DNA of 40,191 nt from Kipferlia bialata (Eukaryota), in NCBI GenBank assembly GCA_003568945.1, contig BDIP01000035.1, positions 1 to 40,191 on the forward strand, in the 5' to 3' direction. Positions 24,701 through 38,850 of this stretch are shown here, in pieces (positions within the stretch are counted from its first letter, which is position 1; each line of letters begins with the position of its first letter). The position numbers and the translations under genes are program-made. Below the pieces are notes generated by a model. That model saw nothing but the letters and a program-made list of their open reading frames with translations, was not told the DNA's origin and searched no databases.

Positions 24701-27700
24701 CGTGAGAGTGGGCAGGGGTGTGGACATACACATGATATATATATATATATATACATACATATTGTACATACCTCAACGCAGACACCGTGAGGGTGGGCAG
24801 GGGTGTGGACACAGTAGGGGTGGATAGTGCAGAGAGGTCAGTGGACAGCATCAGGTGGCGCTCCTTGGTGCTGGGGTAAGAGACACAAGAAATAGTTCAC
24901 AGTGTTCATCGGTATTGATTATGTGTGTGTTGTCATGGAGTAGTAAACACATGCTGATTGTATTAGGTTGGTACTGGGGGGATAGACATGTAAATATAAG
25001 AACAAATAGTGCGTACCTCTATTGTACATGGGTATTCACATAGAGGAGCACAGATGTATACATGTACATGGACATGGACCCCTTTTGCATAGGTAGTGGT
25101 ATATATATACCTATAGAATGTATATACCGTGTACACACACATGCATATATACATATACATGTATTTATAATGCGTATGCATATACCTGTACATGGCCCCT
25201 GTCTGCACGTACATGTCCTCCAGGGGGGATACAGTCAGTCTCACTCTGGCACTGCCTAAGGTAAGGGGGAGGGGGGCGGGAGAGGTTACACCCAATGCAT
25301 TGTTTGTACTGAAGTACAATCATCGCCATAATACAACAAAAGCTTCCACCAATAGTATGTATATTAATGCAATATCCACCTAATATATATATATGATCCT
25401 GGTAACGAAGATGGCGAAGATAGAACACACAATTACATTCCAATCTTCTCAATATCTATATGATTCATGCAACAGTATGCTATATACTATTGTACTGCTA
25501 TATACTATTGTACAGTATGCTATATACTATAGGTACATTCATACACATACACTCACCCATCAAGTATGCCCCTGGCACCGAGGGCGGGAGTGATGCTGAC
25601 CTCAACAAGGCAGTCTCAGAGGGAGAGTACATACCACCCTTGCCTAGTATGAACAAAAGGGGTGTAGAGGGGGAGAGAGAGAGAGAGAGATACTACACAT
25701 ACCCGGCATCAGGTTGTTAGCCAATAGACTCAGTGCTGTGTCTGCCTCATCTCTTGTGCTCACAGTCTCTCTCTCTCCCTCTCTCTCTCCCTGTGTAGCT
25801 GTGACCTTGAGGGTATCTAGAGTCTCACTGGCCGGGGTCTCTACCTCTCCCTCTCCCTCTCCCTCTCTTTCTCCCTGTGTCTCTGTGTCGTATACAAACT
25901 GGGCACACAGGATGTCGCCAGTCCTGAGAAGTGAGACGTGTTGTGAGACACACCATGTAATAGTAGTATACAACACGTGTGTGCCTTGGCCAATTCAAGA
26001 AAATCCAATTGTCATGACCGAAACGAATGGTGTATATGATAGTATACCATATGTGTATTCCGTCATGTCCTATGCACACCTGATGTGACTGGTGAGTAAT
26101 GTGTACAATTAACTTCTGAATGTCTATACCTGATGTGACTAGTAAGAGGTCTCTCCTCCAGCAGTACCCTAGTCAGGTATGTGCTGTTGCACTCTAGGTA
26201 CAGATCAATGGCAGCAGACTTGGCACGGGTCAGGATGGACTGGGATAAGAGAATATACAGTTAGTAATATGATATGTATGTAGTATACATATAGCTATCA
26301 ACATATAGGGTCACGACGGACTGGGGTAAGGTTTGCAGGAGTAATATGTAATTACACCTGGCACCTCTTGTTCCACTGTCCCAAATAGTGTCATGAACTT
26401 GTGTGTCATGTGTCATATATACATAGCGTTATATACATACATATGTCATATTACAAATCCACATACATGTGCAAAATGCGAAAAGTAGCCAGTGACAAAA
26501 CTCTTCAATAAACACCTCTGTCTCATACTATGGTGTCGGGCACACAAAGCACTAGAGTACCAGAGAGCAACACAATATAGACCACACTGCATACCTCTGT
26601 CTCCTCTTGTCCCAGTCTACTAATAGCACATATACAAATATATATGTAAATGAAAAGGGGTATAGAATACAAATCTACTCTTCACTGCATACCTCTGTCT
26701 CCTCCTGCCCCAGTCCCTCTCTTACACACTCTGTCCACATATATATAAATATATATGTGTATGTACATGACAACACAGGTACGGTTGGTATAGGGTTCGC
26801 ATATTGCAAATGCTAATCATGTACCTCTGTCTCCTCTTGGCTCAGTCCCTCCTCCACACACGTGGCAGACAGGCCCCACCTGGGGTGAGAGGGAAAGGTT
26901 GGGACAGTATATGCATGTAGATATAGGTATGTGTGATCATACGTACATCAGGAGTGCCCTGACATGCCCTATGGAGTGACTGACAGCAGGTGAAGGGGGC
27001 AGGGAGAGGGTGTCCAGGAAGCGTATCCTCCTGTACTCCACAGCCATACTGACACCCCCGGCACCTGGGTTAGATATGAGTATATATATGTAGATAGAGA
27101 GAGAAAAATATAGAGGCATACCCCCGGCACCTGTGTTAGGTGTGTGTATATATATGTATAGATATATATAGAGAGATAAATATTGAGTCTACATCCATAC
27201 CCCTTGTACCTGTCTCAGAGGCAGTGTCACTCTCTGCATCTGCCTCTGCCTCTCCCTCTGCCTCTGCCTCTGCCCCCTTCTCACCCCCTGCCCTTGGTAC
27301 CACAGGGGAGAGTGACTCGTCATGGTCATCGGTGGTCACGAACTCGTCTTCTCTCTCTCCCTCTAGCCCCTCATGCCCCTCTCTCTCCCCCTCTCCACTG
27401 ACCCTAGATGCATTCACCTCCATGTGGGTACGGAGCTCAGGTGAGACAACCTCAAAGCCGGTGGAGTCTCCAGCAACCTCTGACTCTGGCTCTATCTGAG
27501 TGTCTCTCTCTCCCTCTGCCTCTCCCTCTCCCTCTGTCTGTCTCTCTGGTACCTCAGGGAAGTATCCCTTGATAAGGACACGCACAGGGTTGTGGCAGCT
27601 GGGGGTGAGATATGTATTAGTACATCATTGTATCAAAGTGAAGATACACTTGTTGTAGATACATAATATTGAAGACGGGGTTGTGGCATCTAGAGGCTAG

Positions 27701-29133
27701 TATGTATGAACAATAGGCTCCCTGATGAACACAACTACATACTAATGAAAGATTGAAATATAGCACTGGATAGATACCTCTCCTCCCTGATTCGCAGTGA
27801 GTATAGTCTAAGTATATATATATATAGATATATATACTTATAGATACTTACACATACATATTTCACCAATCTGTACCTCTGCTCCCTGATTCCCAGTGAG
27901 TGAACGTATAGTCCATTCGAATACATGTATACATACATTAATGACTACACCAATATCCTCGTACCTCTCCTCCCTGATACCGAGTGAGTGCTTGAACCCA
28001 GCCACAGCCACAGCCACTCCCTCTCCCTCTGCCTCTCTCTCCTCTATGTATGCAAACAGCCTTCTGCTCTTGAAGGTGGAGGCAGGCTCGGTCCACTCGT
28101 GCCACCTGGGTATTAGAGCTAGCATCGTTACATAATGACAGTACATATGTATATACAATCACATATGACTATAATTATAGATATGTGTGTATACACAATG
28201 TGTATATATATATATATTAAGTGTAGAGGCAGGCTCAGTCCACTCGTGCCACCTGAATGTGAGTAATACACTTAGAACATCAATACATATATACAGATCT
28301 TACTGCAAATACAGACATATATATACCTCAGCCTCGTCACAGGTCTGATGCATGCCGCGGGTGCTGTCTGGCCTAGTCTACTGGAGTACAGGGTGGAGGT
28401 GGGCTGGTGGTGCATTCTGGGGTTAGTATGGTAAGAGATACACGAGCACCAGTTGCATAGTACCACACACCTACTTCTCTCGCCCAGGGTGTACAGCGTG
28501 ATGGGTGCTCTACCAGTAGTGGCACTAGTAGTACCAACAGTGACCCCACTATCAGACCCTGTCCCTGTGCATGTCACATTGTCATAGGCACACACTGCAG
28601 AACTGGGGGGTTAGGGATGCATGGAATATGAAGTATATATATTAATATGGAGAAATATGTATGTACCTGAATACCCTCACACATTCTTTCAGATTCCCGT
28701 ATGATATTGGTGTTTCACTATATATCTCCACCAATCCACACATATATACATATATATCTACACATCTGAATCCCCCCATGCTCTGTGTCATATTGTAGTG
28801 CCAGTATATATTATATGCATACCCCTATATATATATGTCGGCATATACATCAATACATTACTATATATATATGTGTGTGTGTACCTGAATCCCTCCATGC
28901 TCTCTGTCATATTGTAGTGCCACATTGATGTATACACGATATATATGCACCTATACATATACATATACATATACATATATACTCATATATATAGGTATAC
29001 TCACGTATATGTACCTGAATCCCTCCAAGCTCTCTGTCATGTTGTCGTGTGCATATGCAGTGGACTCGACAGACAGGGCACAGTCTAGGCCTGGTATTAT
29101 ATACGTCAAAGTGGATATATATATATATATAGA

Positions 29134-29176
<43 letters not shown>

Positions 29177-31851
29177 CAACAGACAGGGCACAGTCTAGAC
29201 CTAAGGGGTGAGATATCAATACCAACACATCATAAGACAGAGAAAGAGACAGAGAGAGAGAAAATAACTCAACAGACATGGCACAGTCTAGACCTGGGGG
29301 GTAAGGAGTTCTTAATGAATAGACCAACAACACATATCCGTATCCACATAAATATATATATACATATTAATACATACCTGCCCCCCTGATCCATCCCAAA
29401 AAATACGTGTACATATGTATATGAAAATATGTATAGTATACACTATATCCACACCCATACCTGCCCCCCTGAGCCCATCCCTCAGGCACTGTGGTGTGAC
29501 TATAAGCTACATATATACTCTATATATATTAACTATCTATACATGTATAACTATATAATCATGCACCTGCCCCCCTGAGCCCATCCCTCAGGCACTGGGG
29601 TGTGACTATCCTATATTGTACCCATGAGGCAGCCTTGATCTTCTCTCTCTCCCTCTGGACCTCGAGGTCATCGGCTGACTGTCATTAGGTATATATATAT
29701 ATGTGTGCGTATGGTTATGTATATATACATATTGAGTATAGGTCATCGGCTGACTGGGGGTGAGGAGGAGTGTACACAACATACAATGAAAACAAACATA
29801 CATTGATACATACATGTTCACCCACCCGGAAGTAGTGCAGCAGGGCCCATATGTATATGCACGTCTCTGTAGTACTAACAGTAATACACATATATACTCA
29901 ATAAGTGTGTCTATATATACCTGGAAGTACTGGAGCAGTATCATATATATGTATATATATATATATATATACTTATGTAATGATATATCCTTATGCAAAC
30001 AGTCACATTTCTTCCCACCTGGAAGTACTGGAGCAGGGCATCGGGTACAGAGAGTGCCCCCTGTATGCTGTCCTTCCTGGATAGGACAGGGCATCTCTCC
30101 CCCTCTGTCTCTCCCTCTCTCTTGGCACGGGCTGCCTCTACACGACGAAGGGCCCTGTGATTAACACTAGGCAACCATTGTGGAAAATCAATTGAATGTA
30201 TTTACATTTATGTGGTGAGTAGACATATTCGTAAGCCCTTGTGACGTGTGGATATGGTAGATGTCATAGTCTGATAGTATACACACAACCGTGTTCATAC
30301 GTATTCCCCACCCGTTGGTAGGCATCGACAGTGCCAGGTGGTACGGTTACACACACATTCTACCCCATGTACTATACACTATATATACCTGTTTGTAGGC
30401 ATGGAGAGTGCCAGCTGTGAGTCCTGTACATAGCACAGCATGTAGGCAGTGGGGGCAAAGCGGCCTGGGTTATCAAAATATTCTAGTACTATAGCAAATA
30501 TTGAAATTAATACCATGTTTCCATATCTATAGCATGTTGGCAGTGGGGGCTAAGCGGCCTGGAGTCAGGGGTAGAACACTGTCACAATTCATACCAAATA
30601 GCAACATATACAAATGTACATGTACATATGCACAGACATATATAGCCAAAACAACATGATAACCCAAGAGACTCCGATATATGTGACACAGGCATCAAAT
30701 ACCCGACACATGTTCATACCCATACCTGTTCCCCCCCATGACTACTACAATCATATATGTATATACATATGTATGTATAGGATATATGATATATATATAT
30801 ATATATATATCATATTCATACCCATACCTGTTCCCCCCCATGACTCATCACAGACATCGTCGAAGGACAGAGTGTCAACCCTAGGAGTTAGGTAGATGCA
30901 TAGAGATGAATACATGGACACATAGTAACTCTACATTGATCTGAAAACATAGAGGGTCAACCCTGTGGATGACATATTCAGCTAGACAAATACAATTCAT
31001 ATGAAACATTCTTCATGGAGAGTGTCGACCCTAAGGGTGAAAAGGGTAAACACACCTATACATATATGTATATTGCCCCATAAATATAGGCTGTATATGT
31101 ACACTATATATACACACCAAACCTCGTGTCATTGCAGCACATCCAGTATGTACATACTATATACTCTACTGTCATATATGTATTTGTATATTTGAATATA
31201 TATTATACCTCTTGTCATACTATATACTCTAATATCCTATATACATACACTATAGACATATACATACTATATACACACCATACCTCGTGTCATTGAAGCA
31301 CATCCAGTCTGCATCTCTGTACTGAGCCTGGTAGTGGGCAGTGGAGACCTGGTATGAGAAACAGATATGAATATGTATAATATACACACATACAAAAAGT
31401 ATAATACATATATATATACACACACACTACCTCACCGTGCCCCAGCCTCCCATACAATAATATATATATATATAGTGACATAACATTGAAGGCATGCATA
31501 TATAGGAATAGGTGGAGACCTGGGACAGGGGCAGAAATGTATATATATATATATGCATACACCACACCATACCTCGCTGTGCCCTAGTCTTCCATCGAAC
31601 TCTGGCATGGGTCTCTCTCTCTCTCTCTCTCCAACCGCCCCTCTCTCAACCTATATGTATATACAAATATATAATACACCTATACACCATACCTCACTGT
31701 GCCCCAGTTATCCATCGTACTCAGGCCTGGGTCTCTCTCTCTCTCTCCAACCGCCCTCCCATCAAACTCTGGCATGGGTCTCACAAAGGCATAGTAGTGA
31801 CCACCACCTGTATGTAAGAGGATATATATACTACATGCATTTATATATGTG

Positions 31852-31882
<31 letters not shown>

Positions 31883-34800
31883 GGAACTCTGGCATGGGCC
31901 TCACAAAGGCGTAGTAGTGGCCAACGCCTGGAGGGTGAGAGAGAGTACACAATAGACACTACACAAAGGTATATACACACATACCTGTCCCCCCGTGGTG
32001 CACTAGCACACTGTACAGACTGTATAATGTATATATAGGCATACATATACATGTATATATATATATTAGTATAAGTATGTATATTACTTATATGTATACA
32101 TACACACCTGTCCCCCCGTGGTGCACCAGCACACTGTACAGACTGTATGAAGTGTCTGACACAGGGCACCGGCGGAGCTTCTTGAGAGGTGAGAAGGGGA
32201 GGGAGGGGGGGCGGGGAAGCATCTTTGAACATACACATACATACATATATATATACCAGATGACTACCATACCCTGAACATCTTCCAGAAGTGTGGTGGG
32301 GGAGGGGGGGGGTGAGGAGAGGCATTCTTGATCACAATAACATACAAATATACATATATACACAAATATGCATATGTACTCACGCATCATACCCTGAACA
32401 TCTTCTTGAAGTGTGTCTGTGTCTTGGCTGTCTCGGTGGGGTGGGCCCTGGGGATAAGAGGTGATATATATGTACTACAGGTACAGTACATACAAATGAT
32501 ATGTGTGTGTACAAAAAAAAAAAAAAATCACTTATATATATATATATATGTGTCTTGGCAGTCTCGGTGGGGTGGGCCCTGGGGGTGAGATAGGATATAT
32601 AGGATATAGATACGATACATATACATATGATACTCGCACACACATACATTAATACTGTATGTTGGTGGTGTGGCCTCTGGCGGAAAGAGGTACGCGGAAT
32701 CGGCACTCACACCATACTGTATATACCCAGTGTATCTCTGTAGACATGTTTATATATGAATAGATATATACCTTAGGTACTGAGACACCGGGCTGTCACT
32801 GCCTATTATGCTATATATTCAAAACTATATAGAGTCCTACACTACTATGCAGGATATATATATATATATATATACATTGTACATAATATGTGTACATACC
32901 TCAGGTACTGTGAGACTGGGCTGTCACTGCCGATGAAGGGACTCATCTCTAGCCGGGCAGGGTACTCCAGTCTGGGGGTGAGACATGGGTATATAAGGTA
33001 TGTTATATATGAATAGACCTATAGAGTATTCATCTCTAGTCTGGCAGGGTACTCAAGCCTAGGGGTCAGACATGTGTCTATAAGGCAAATGACATACATA
33101 TATTGGACATGGATAAATTCATATATAGTAAATGTGCACATGTATACATATATTGATAGCATGCTCATCTCTAGCCTGGCAGGGTACTTCAGCATAGGGG
33201 TGAGATGTGTCAGCATCAAGGTCAAGTGAGTCACATAGATATTAGCATATTGGTTGTGTATTGTGATGTCCTCATCTCACAGTTGGCTGGGTACTCAAAC
33301 CAAGGGGTGAGAGTATGGTAGAAATGAGTTTATGGCAATTGAATAGTCTTACATATAGTATCAATATAGATATATATACATCCACCCCCATCTCGTTGTG
33401 ATCTTGACATGGATATATATACAGTTATAAGTACGTATACATTGTAATGGACAATGAATGGACACATTGAAATATACAGTAGTTTTGTGAAGTATACATG
33501 TATATACCCACCTCGATGTGATCTTGACGGGCTGGAAGGTACGGAGGTCAAGGTCAAACCTGGGGGGTTAGTGTGGCCATGCATGTATATAGTAAGAAAT
33601 ATACTAGGGTAAGCATGAGTCCAGACATGTCAACACTCTCGAGAAACCATACGTCATTAGAAGTATCCCAGCATACACACGTCTGTTGAGCGTTGTATAT
33701 ATATGTATATACATACTAGCCTCTTCAGTGTCATGATTCTGACTAGTGGAAGGGTGAGAACATACACGCACATCATACACCAACTACATATACAATGTAT
33801 GTATGAATAGTACCCCATACTACATATATGTAAATATACACTTAAACATATGTATACCTCTTCAATGTCATGAACATGACTGGGGGCAGAGTGGTCAGGG
33901 CCTCTCCCATCACAGCGGGGTGCTTGCCCTGGCCAGGCACCTCGTACTGGTATTAGGGGATACAGACACACTATACACATACTACTATAGAGACAGTATC
34001 TCTAAATACACTGAGTAGTGCTTGCCCTGGCCTGGCACCTCGTACTGGGGTGAGAGAGGGAATATGAGTAACAAACAGATTGATGTAGAACTATATGGAG
34101 AGGTATATGAGTTATGAGGTAGAAGGAAGAGAGTGCTTGCCCTGACCTGGCACCTCGTACTGATGCATAAGGGGATGAATGGATATAGAGAGAGTGCTAG
34201 AAGAGGGTCTGAAGTATATCAATAACGCAAAATGAAAGTCTTCCACTCAAATCACTGTGCCTTTACCTTGTTCTGCCCGTCTAACACAGATGGCTGTAGC
34301 ATGGACCGCAGGGAGTCATATACGGTACTGCAGCCTGGTGTGTTAGATATGAAACCCCATTCAATATACGTATAAAGAACACCAAAAATTCGTATATATA
34401 TCTATATTGATAGACAGGGAGTGTCATCGTGTGCCATAGAGGGTGATACAGCCTGGGGGGTTAGTGTGCACCTGATGTATATAGCGAGAGAGAGGTTGAG
34501 AGAACGGTAATCAAAAGATGGTGCTACACCCTACCTTCATGTGACTAGTATATACCTATATATATATATGGATATGTATATACATGTACATATGTATACA
34601 TATATCATACCCTTGACTGGCAGTTGGAGTGTCAACTGGGGTGCAGACTCAGACTCAGAGACATAGTCTATGTCGGTGCAGCGGATGTATCTAAAGGTTA
34701 GTATAGAGTACAGGGTTAGTATAGATTACAGGGGGGGATATGGAGTATACATACGAGAGTACTAGTATCAAAGTCTCACACACACAGTCTATAATGGATA

Positions 34801-37800
34801 TGTCGGTGCAGCACACACATTCATATACATGCAACAAATGTCACTGAATAATGCTGAATAATGCTGAATGACACATCCCCCACCTACTAGTCTTGACCCT
34901 AAACATGTCAATGAAGGCACAGGGTATGTGTACTATTATAGTAGAGGCCATAAGTGTATAATAATAACACATATATATATTGGTACATAGAACTAGTGTC
35001 ATACCTGCTAGTCTTGACCCTGAACATGTCGATGAAGGCCTGCTGTCTGTCCTTGTCCTCCCCTGGGGTTAGGAGATACACATGAGAAGAATACCTAGGG
35101 AGAGATATATCACAAATTATATTGCACTGCTAAGGCCTTGTACTGTCTGTCCTTGTCCTCCCCTGGGGTCAGATACCTATTGATATATATGTACATATCT
35201 TCACATAGATAGATTGATACGTGAACATAGACACAAATGGGCATATACTTATACGATATGGTATTGTATCCTGTCTGTCCTTGTCCTCTCCTGGGGGATA
35301 AGAGAGAGGGAGGTATAAATATACATACACACACACACATATATATACTCCATATATCCATAATACATACCTAGCTTCTCCTCAATCTTCTCAAACAGTA
35401 TGTGCATCAGCTCCCCCACATCATGCTGCTGGAATGCCTCGGCACCAGACCAACCGAAGGCAGCGGTCAGTTGCCTATGGTAAGGATGTGCATATGAACA
35501 TCACTACTTGTACAATACTATGGGTATATAAGGATATCTCCCCCCACCGACTCCCTCGAAGGGAGATGACGGAAGCTGTATGTGGTAAACGAATGATATA
35601 CTTGCATAAAATCTCTCCGTCCCACATCCACATACACACATGAATACCCTTGAACATATCCCACTATTATGCAACACCGCACATACACACAAGCAACTAT
35701 ACCTATCGTAGATTAATGCAACCATACCTAGTGGACACACTCTTAGGCGCTGTCTCCATCCTGTAGAACAGCCTCTGCAGCTCTAGGAGCATGCCTAGAT
35801 GTGAGAGGTGTATGGTTGAGTATTAGTATACATTCAATACACAAACACATACTCCCACCTGCCCCTTCTCTGGCCACCACTGCAATGCCTCAATCCATGT
35901 ATTATAATATATACTATATATACACAGTATACATATATATACTATATATATATACTATATATATATGGATATGTACCTGCCCCCTCTATGGCCACCACCT
36001 GTGCAGTGTCCATTCTTTATATACCATATATATACCATATATATACCATATATATACCATATACTTATACTATATATATACCATATATATANNNNNNATA
36101 CCATATATATACCATATACTTATACTATATATATACCATATATATACCATATCTATACTATATACTGTATATACTATATATGTATACTATATACCTACCC
36201 CCTCTATGGCCACCACACAGCATTGCCTCTCTATCCATATATCCTCTCAAGGTGTGTATATGTAGCTGTTGGGTATATGTATCTGTTTCTGTACCTGCCC
36301 CCTCAATGGCCACACATTATTGCATATTCATTATATACAATGTATGTTTATAAATTCATATGCTCTAGAAGTATCCAAGTGTACCTGCCCCCTCTATGGC
36401 CACCACCTCTGTGCCCTTCCGCTGCACAGTATTGCAGCCATACACAAGGTGCCTGGCAGTGAGGGGATAATGACATACATATATAGCTCTATACTATATA
36501 CACATAGATGTATGTGCTGCACAGTGTGACACCCATACACGAGGTGCCTCGGGTAAGGTGGTAATACTGTATCACAGTATACTAGGAGATAGTACACTCA
36601 GGCGTATATATGTGTGACACCCATAAACGAGGTGCCTGGGGTAAGGGTTGGGACACACAATGTGAACATGTTGGTTATCCCCTAACGTATACTCTACCCT
36701 TAGTCCAATATATGAATACACAACCCTGAAACTGACACCCATACCTCAGTCCTGACAGGTGGTGCATGGACTGCAGGAGACTGTTCATATAGCACGTGGC
36801 ACCCTGGGGTCAATAGAGTATATATATATATATACATGTATATATATTATGAATTATGTTCTACAAAATATAATGCAGTATATAATAGTAACAGCTGTAG
36901 AATGTTCATGTAACAGGTGGCACCCTGGCATGAGTGATCGATGAATGTATATAGTGCGTATTTCCCTACTGATATTAATGAAAAGAAATACACAATCCAT
37001 GCTGCCACTGCGACCAAGGTTGAATCACTCATGCCTCCCTCAATATACACTAATACCAATATCATTGATGTATATAAAAATACAATACCCGTACCTTGTT
37101 GAACAGCCCAATGTACCCATGCCTCCCCCTCCAACATCTATATGTATACACCTAGATACACACATATATACTCATAGATACATACATGTATATATTACCC
37201 TACCAACCTGGTTGAACAGTCCGATGTACCCGTGCCTCCCCCTCCTCCTGATGGTGCTGGAGGCCTTCCTGCCAGGGGCACTGTCCCTCTCTCTCTCTCT
37301 CTCGTCCTCCACACCTCTGTCACTTGTCACACTGGGGGTTAGTGATAGAGGAGAGAACACATACATATATTGGTTTACGTACACCTTGGATGGACATATA
37401 CCCACCTGGACTCTGCCTATAGATATATATACATATCATCAATGTATATATACTCATATATATACATATCCATACCTTGATTCTGTCTCCCCGTCCCTGT
37501 CGTCCTGTGCCTCAGAGGCAGCATCAGAGAGGAGGGTCACATCGACCTAATGTCAGTGCACTACACAACTATATTTACTATATGCACATATGTAATGTAT
37601 TTTAATATATAGTGCCTCAGAGGCAGCATCAGAGAGGAGGGTCACATCGACCTGAAGTCAGAGTATCCAATATTCATTAATACTAAACTACATAGACACA
37701 CAACATACCCCCACTATACACCCCCCGTTGTGTACATAGTCCATGTCCTCCAGGGTATGGATAGGGGCAGTATATATACTATACACCATATACTATATAT

Positions 37801-38809
37801 ACTATACATACTATTTATACACTCACCCCCACTATGCACCCCCCGTTGTGTATATAGTCCATGTCCTCCAGTGTCTGGACAGGGGCAGTATATACAAATA
37901 TATATATATATACTATCAATGCACTATACTATGCATATATGGAGTTCATACCCCCACTATACACCCCCCGTTGTGTATGTAGTCCATGTCTTCTAGTGTC
38001 TGCACAGGGGCAGGCTGGTTGTAGTAGGGGTCACGGCCATAGCCATAGCTAGTGTGCTGGGGTTAGTAAACAATTGAATATATATATATACTCATTAATA
38101 CATACATACAAAGACGTTGTATTGTAGCTGTCACGGCCATAGCCATAGCTAGTGTGCTGGGGTTAGTGGTATAGAGAGTCGGTATAGTATGAGGTATATA
38201 GTATTGCAGAAATATACTGGACTATTGCTGTCAGCTGTGCTGGGGGTTAGTATAGCACAGATAGCTAGGCTACAAGGAAAATAGTTAATATATCTGTTGT
38301 ATATACATATATACTGTTGTATATATTTACATTGCGGGAACAATGCACCTCTATATTTATACATATATATATATGTGTGTGTATCTGTTTCGCGTACCAG
38401 TCTGGCAATAGCTATATATGTAGGTATATATATACATCTGCTACAAGTACCAGTCTGGGCTGTGGGAAGAATGCACGGAACCCATGCTGCAGAGAGCCTG
38501 GGGGTAAGAAAATATGGAGGAAAAAACTGATTCCACACTCAATGAGACAGCCTGTGGTGGGAAAGAGAGAGAACACGCCTATTGTACACATATATTGGAT
38601 ATATGTTATATGCCTTATCTCTCTCGAATGTCCATGTTGACCTGACCATGTATATACTGTTGTCCATTCATGGAAGATATTCTAATATCGATACAAACAC
38701 TGTATGAATACATTATACATTACCTCTCTCGAATGTCCACGTTGATCTGACAATACATTATATATATAAGTATAATAATGCATATATTACTAATTGTACT
38801 ATTAGTATA

Positions 38810-38850
<41 letters not shown>

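Noticed and set aside
18600..30000. A separate gene downstream of the USP catalytic domain
   Set aside because: Exon phases stay continuous where traced (about 30150 to 24770 and the last three exons), and USP7-like TGDILCAQ and C-terminal tail motifs are present. Not every junction was checked.
31693..31735. TAA read as Gln (hexamitid-type genetic code)
   Set aside because: The TAA lies in an echo out of frame with the His-box exon. The reconstructed exons I checked have no in-frame TAA/TAG, and all four genes end in TAG.
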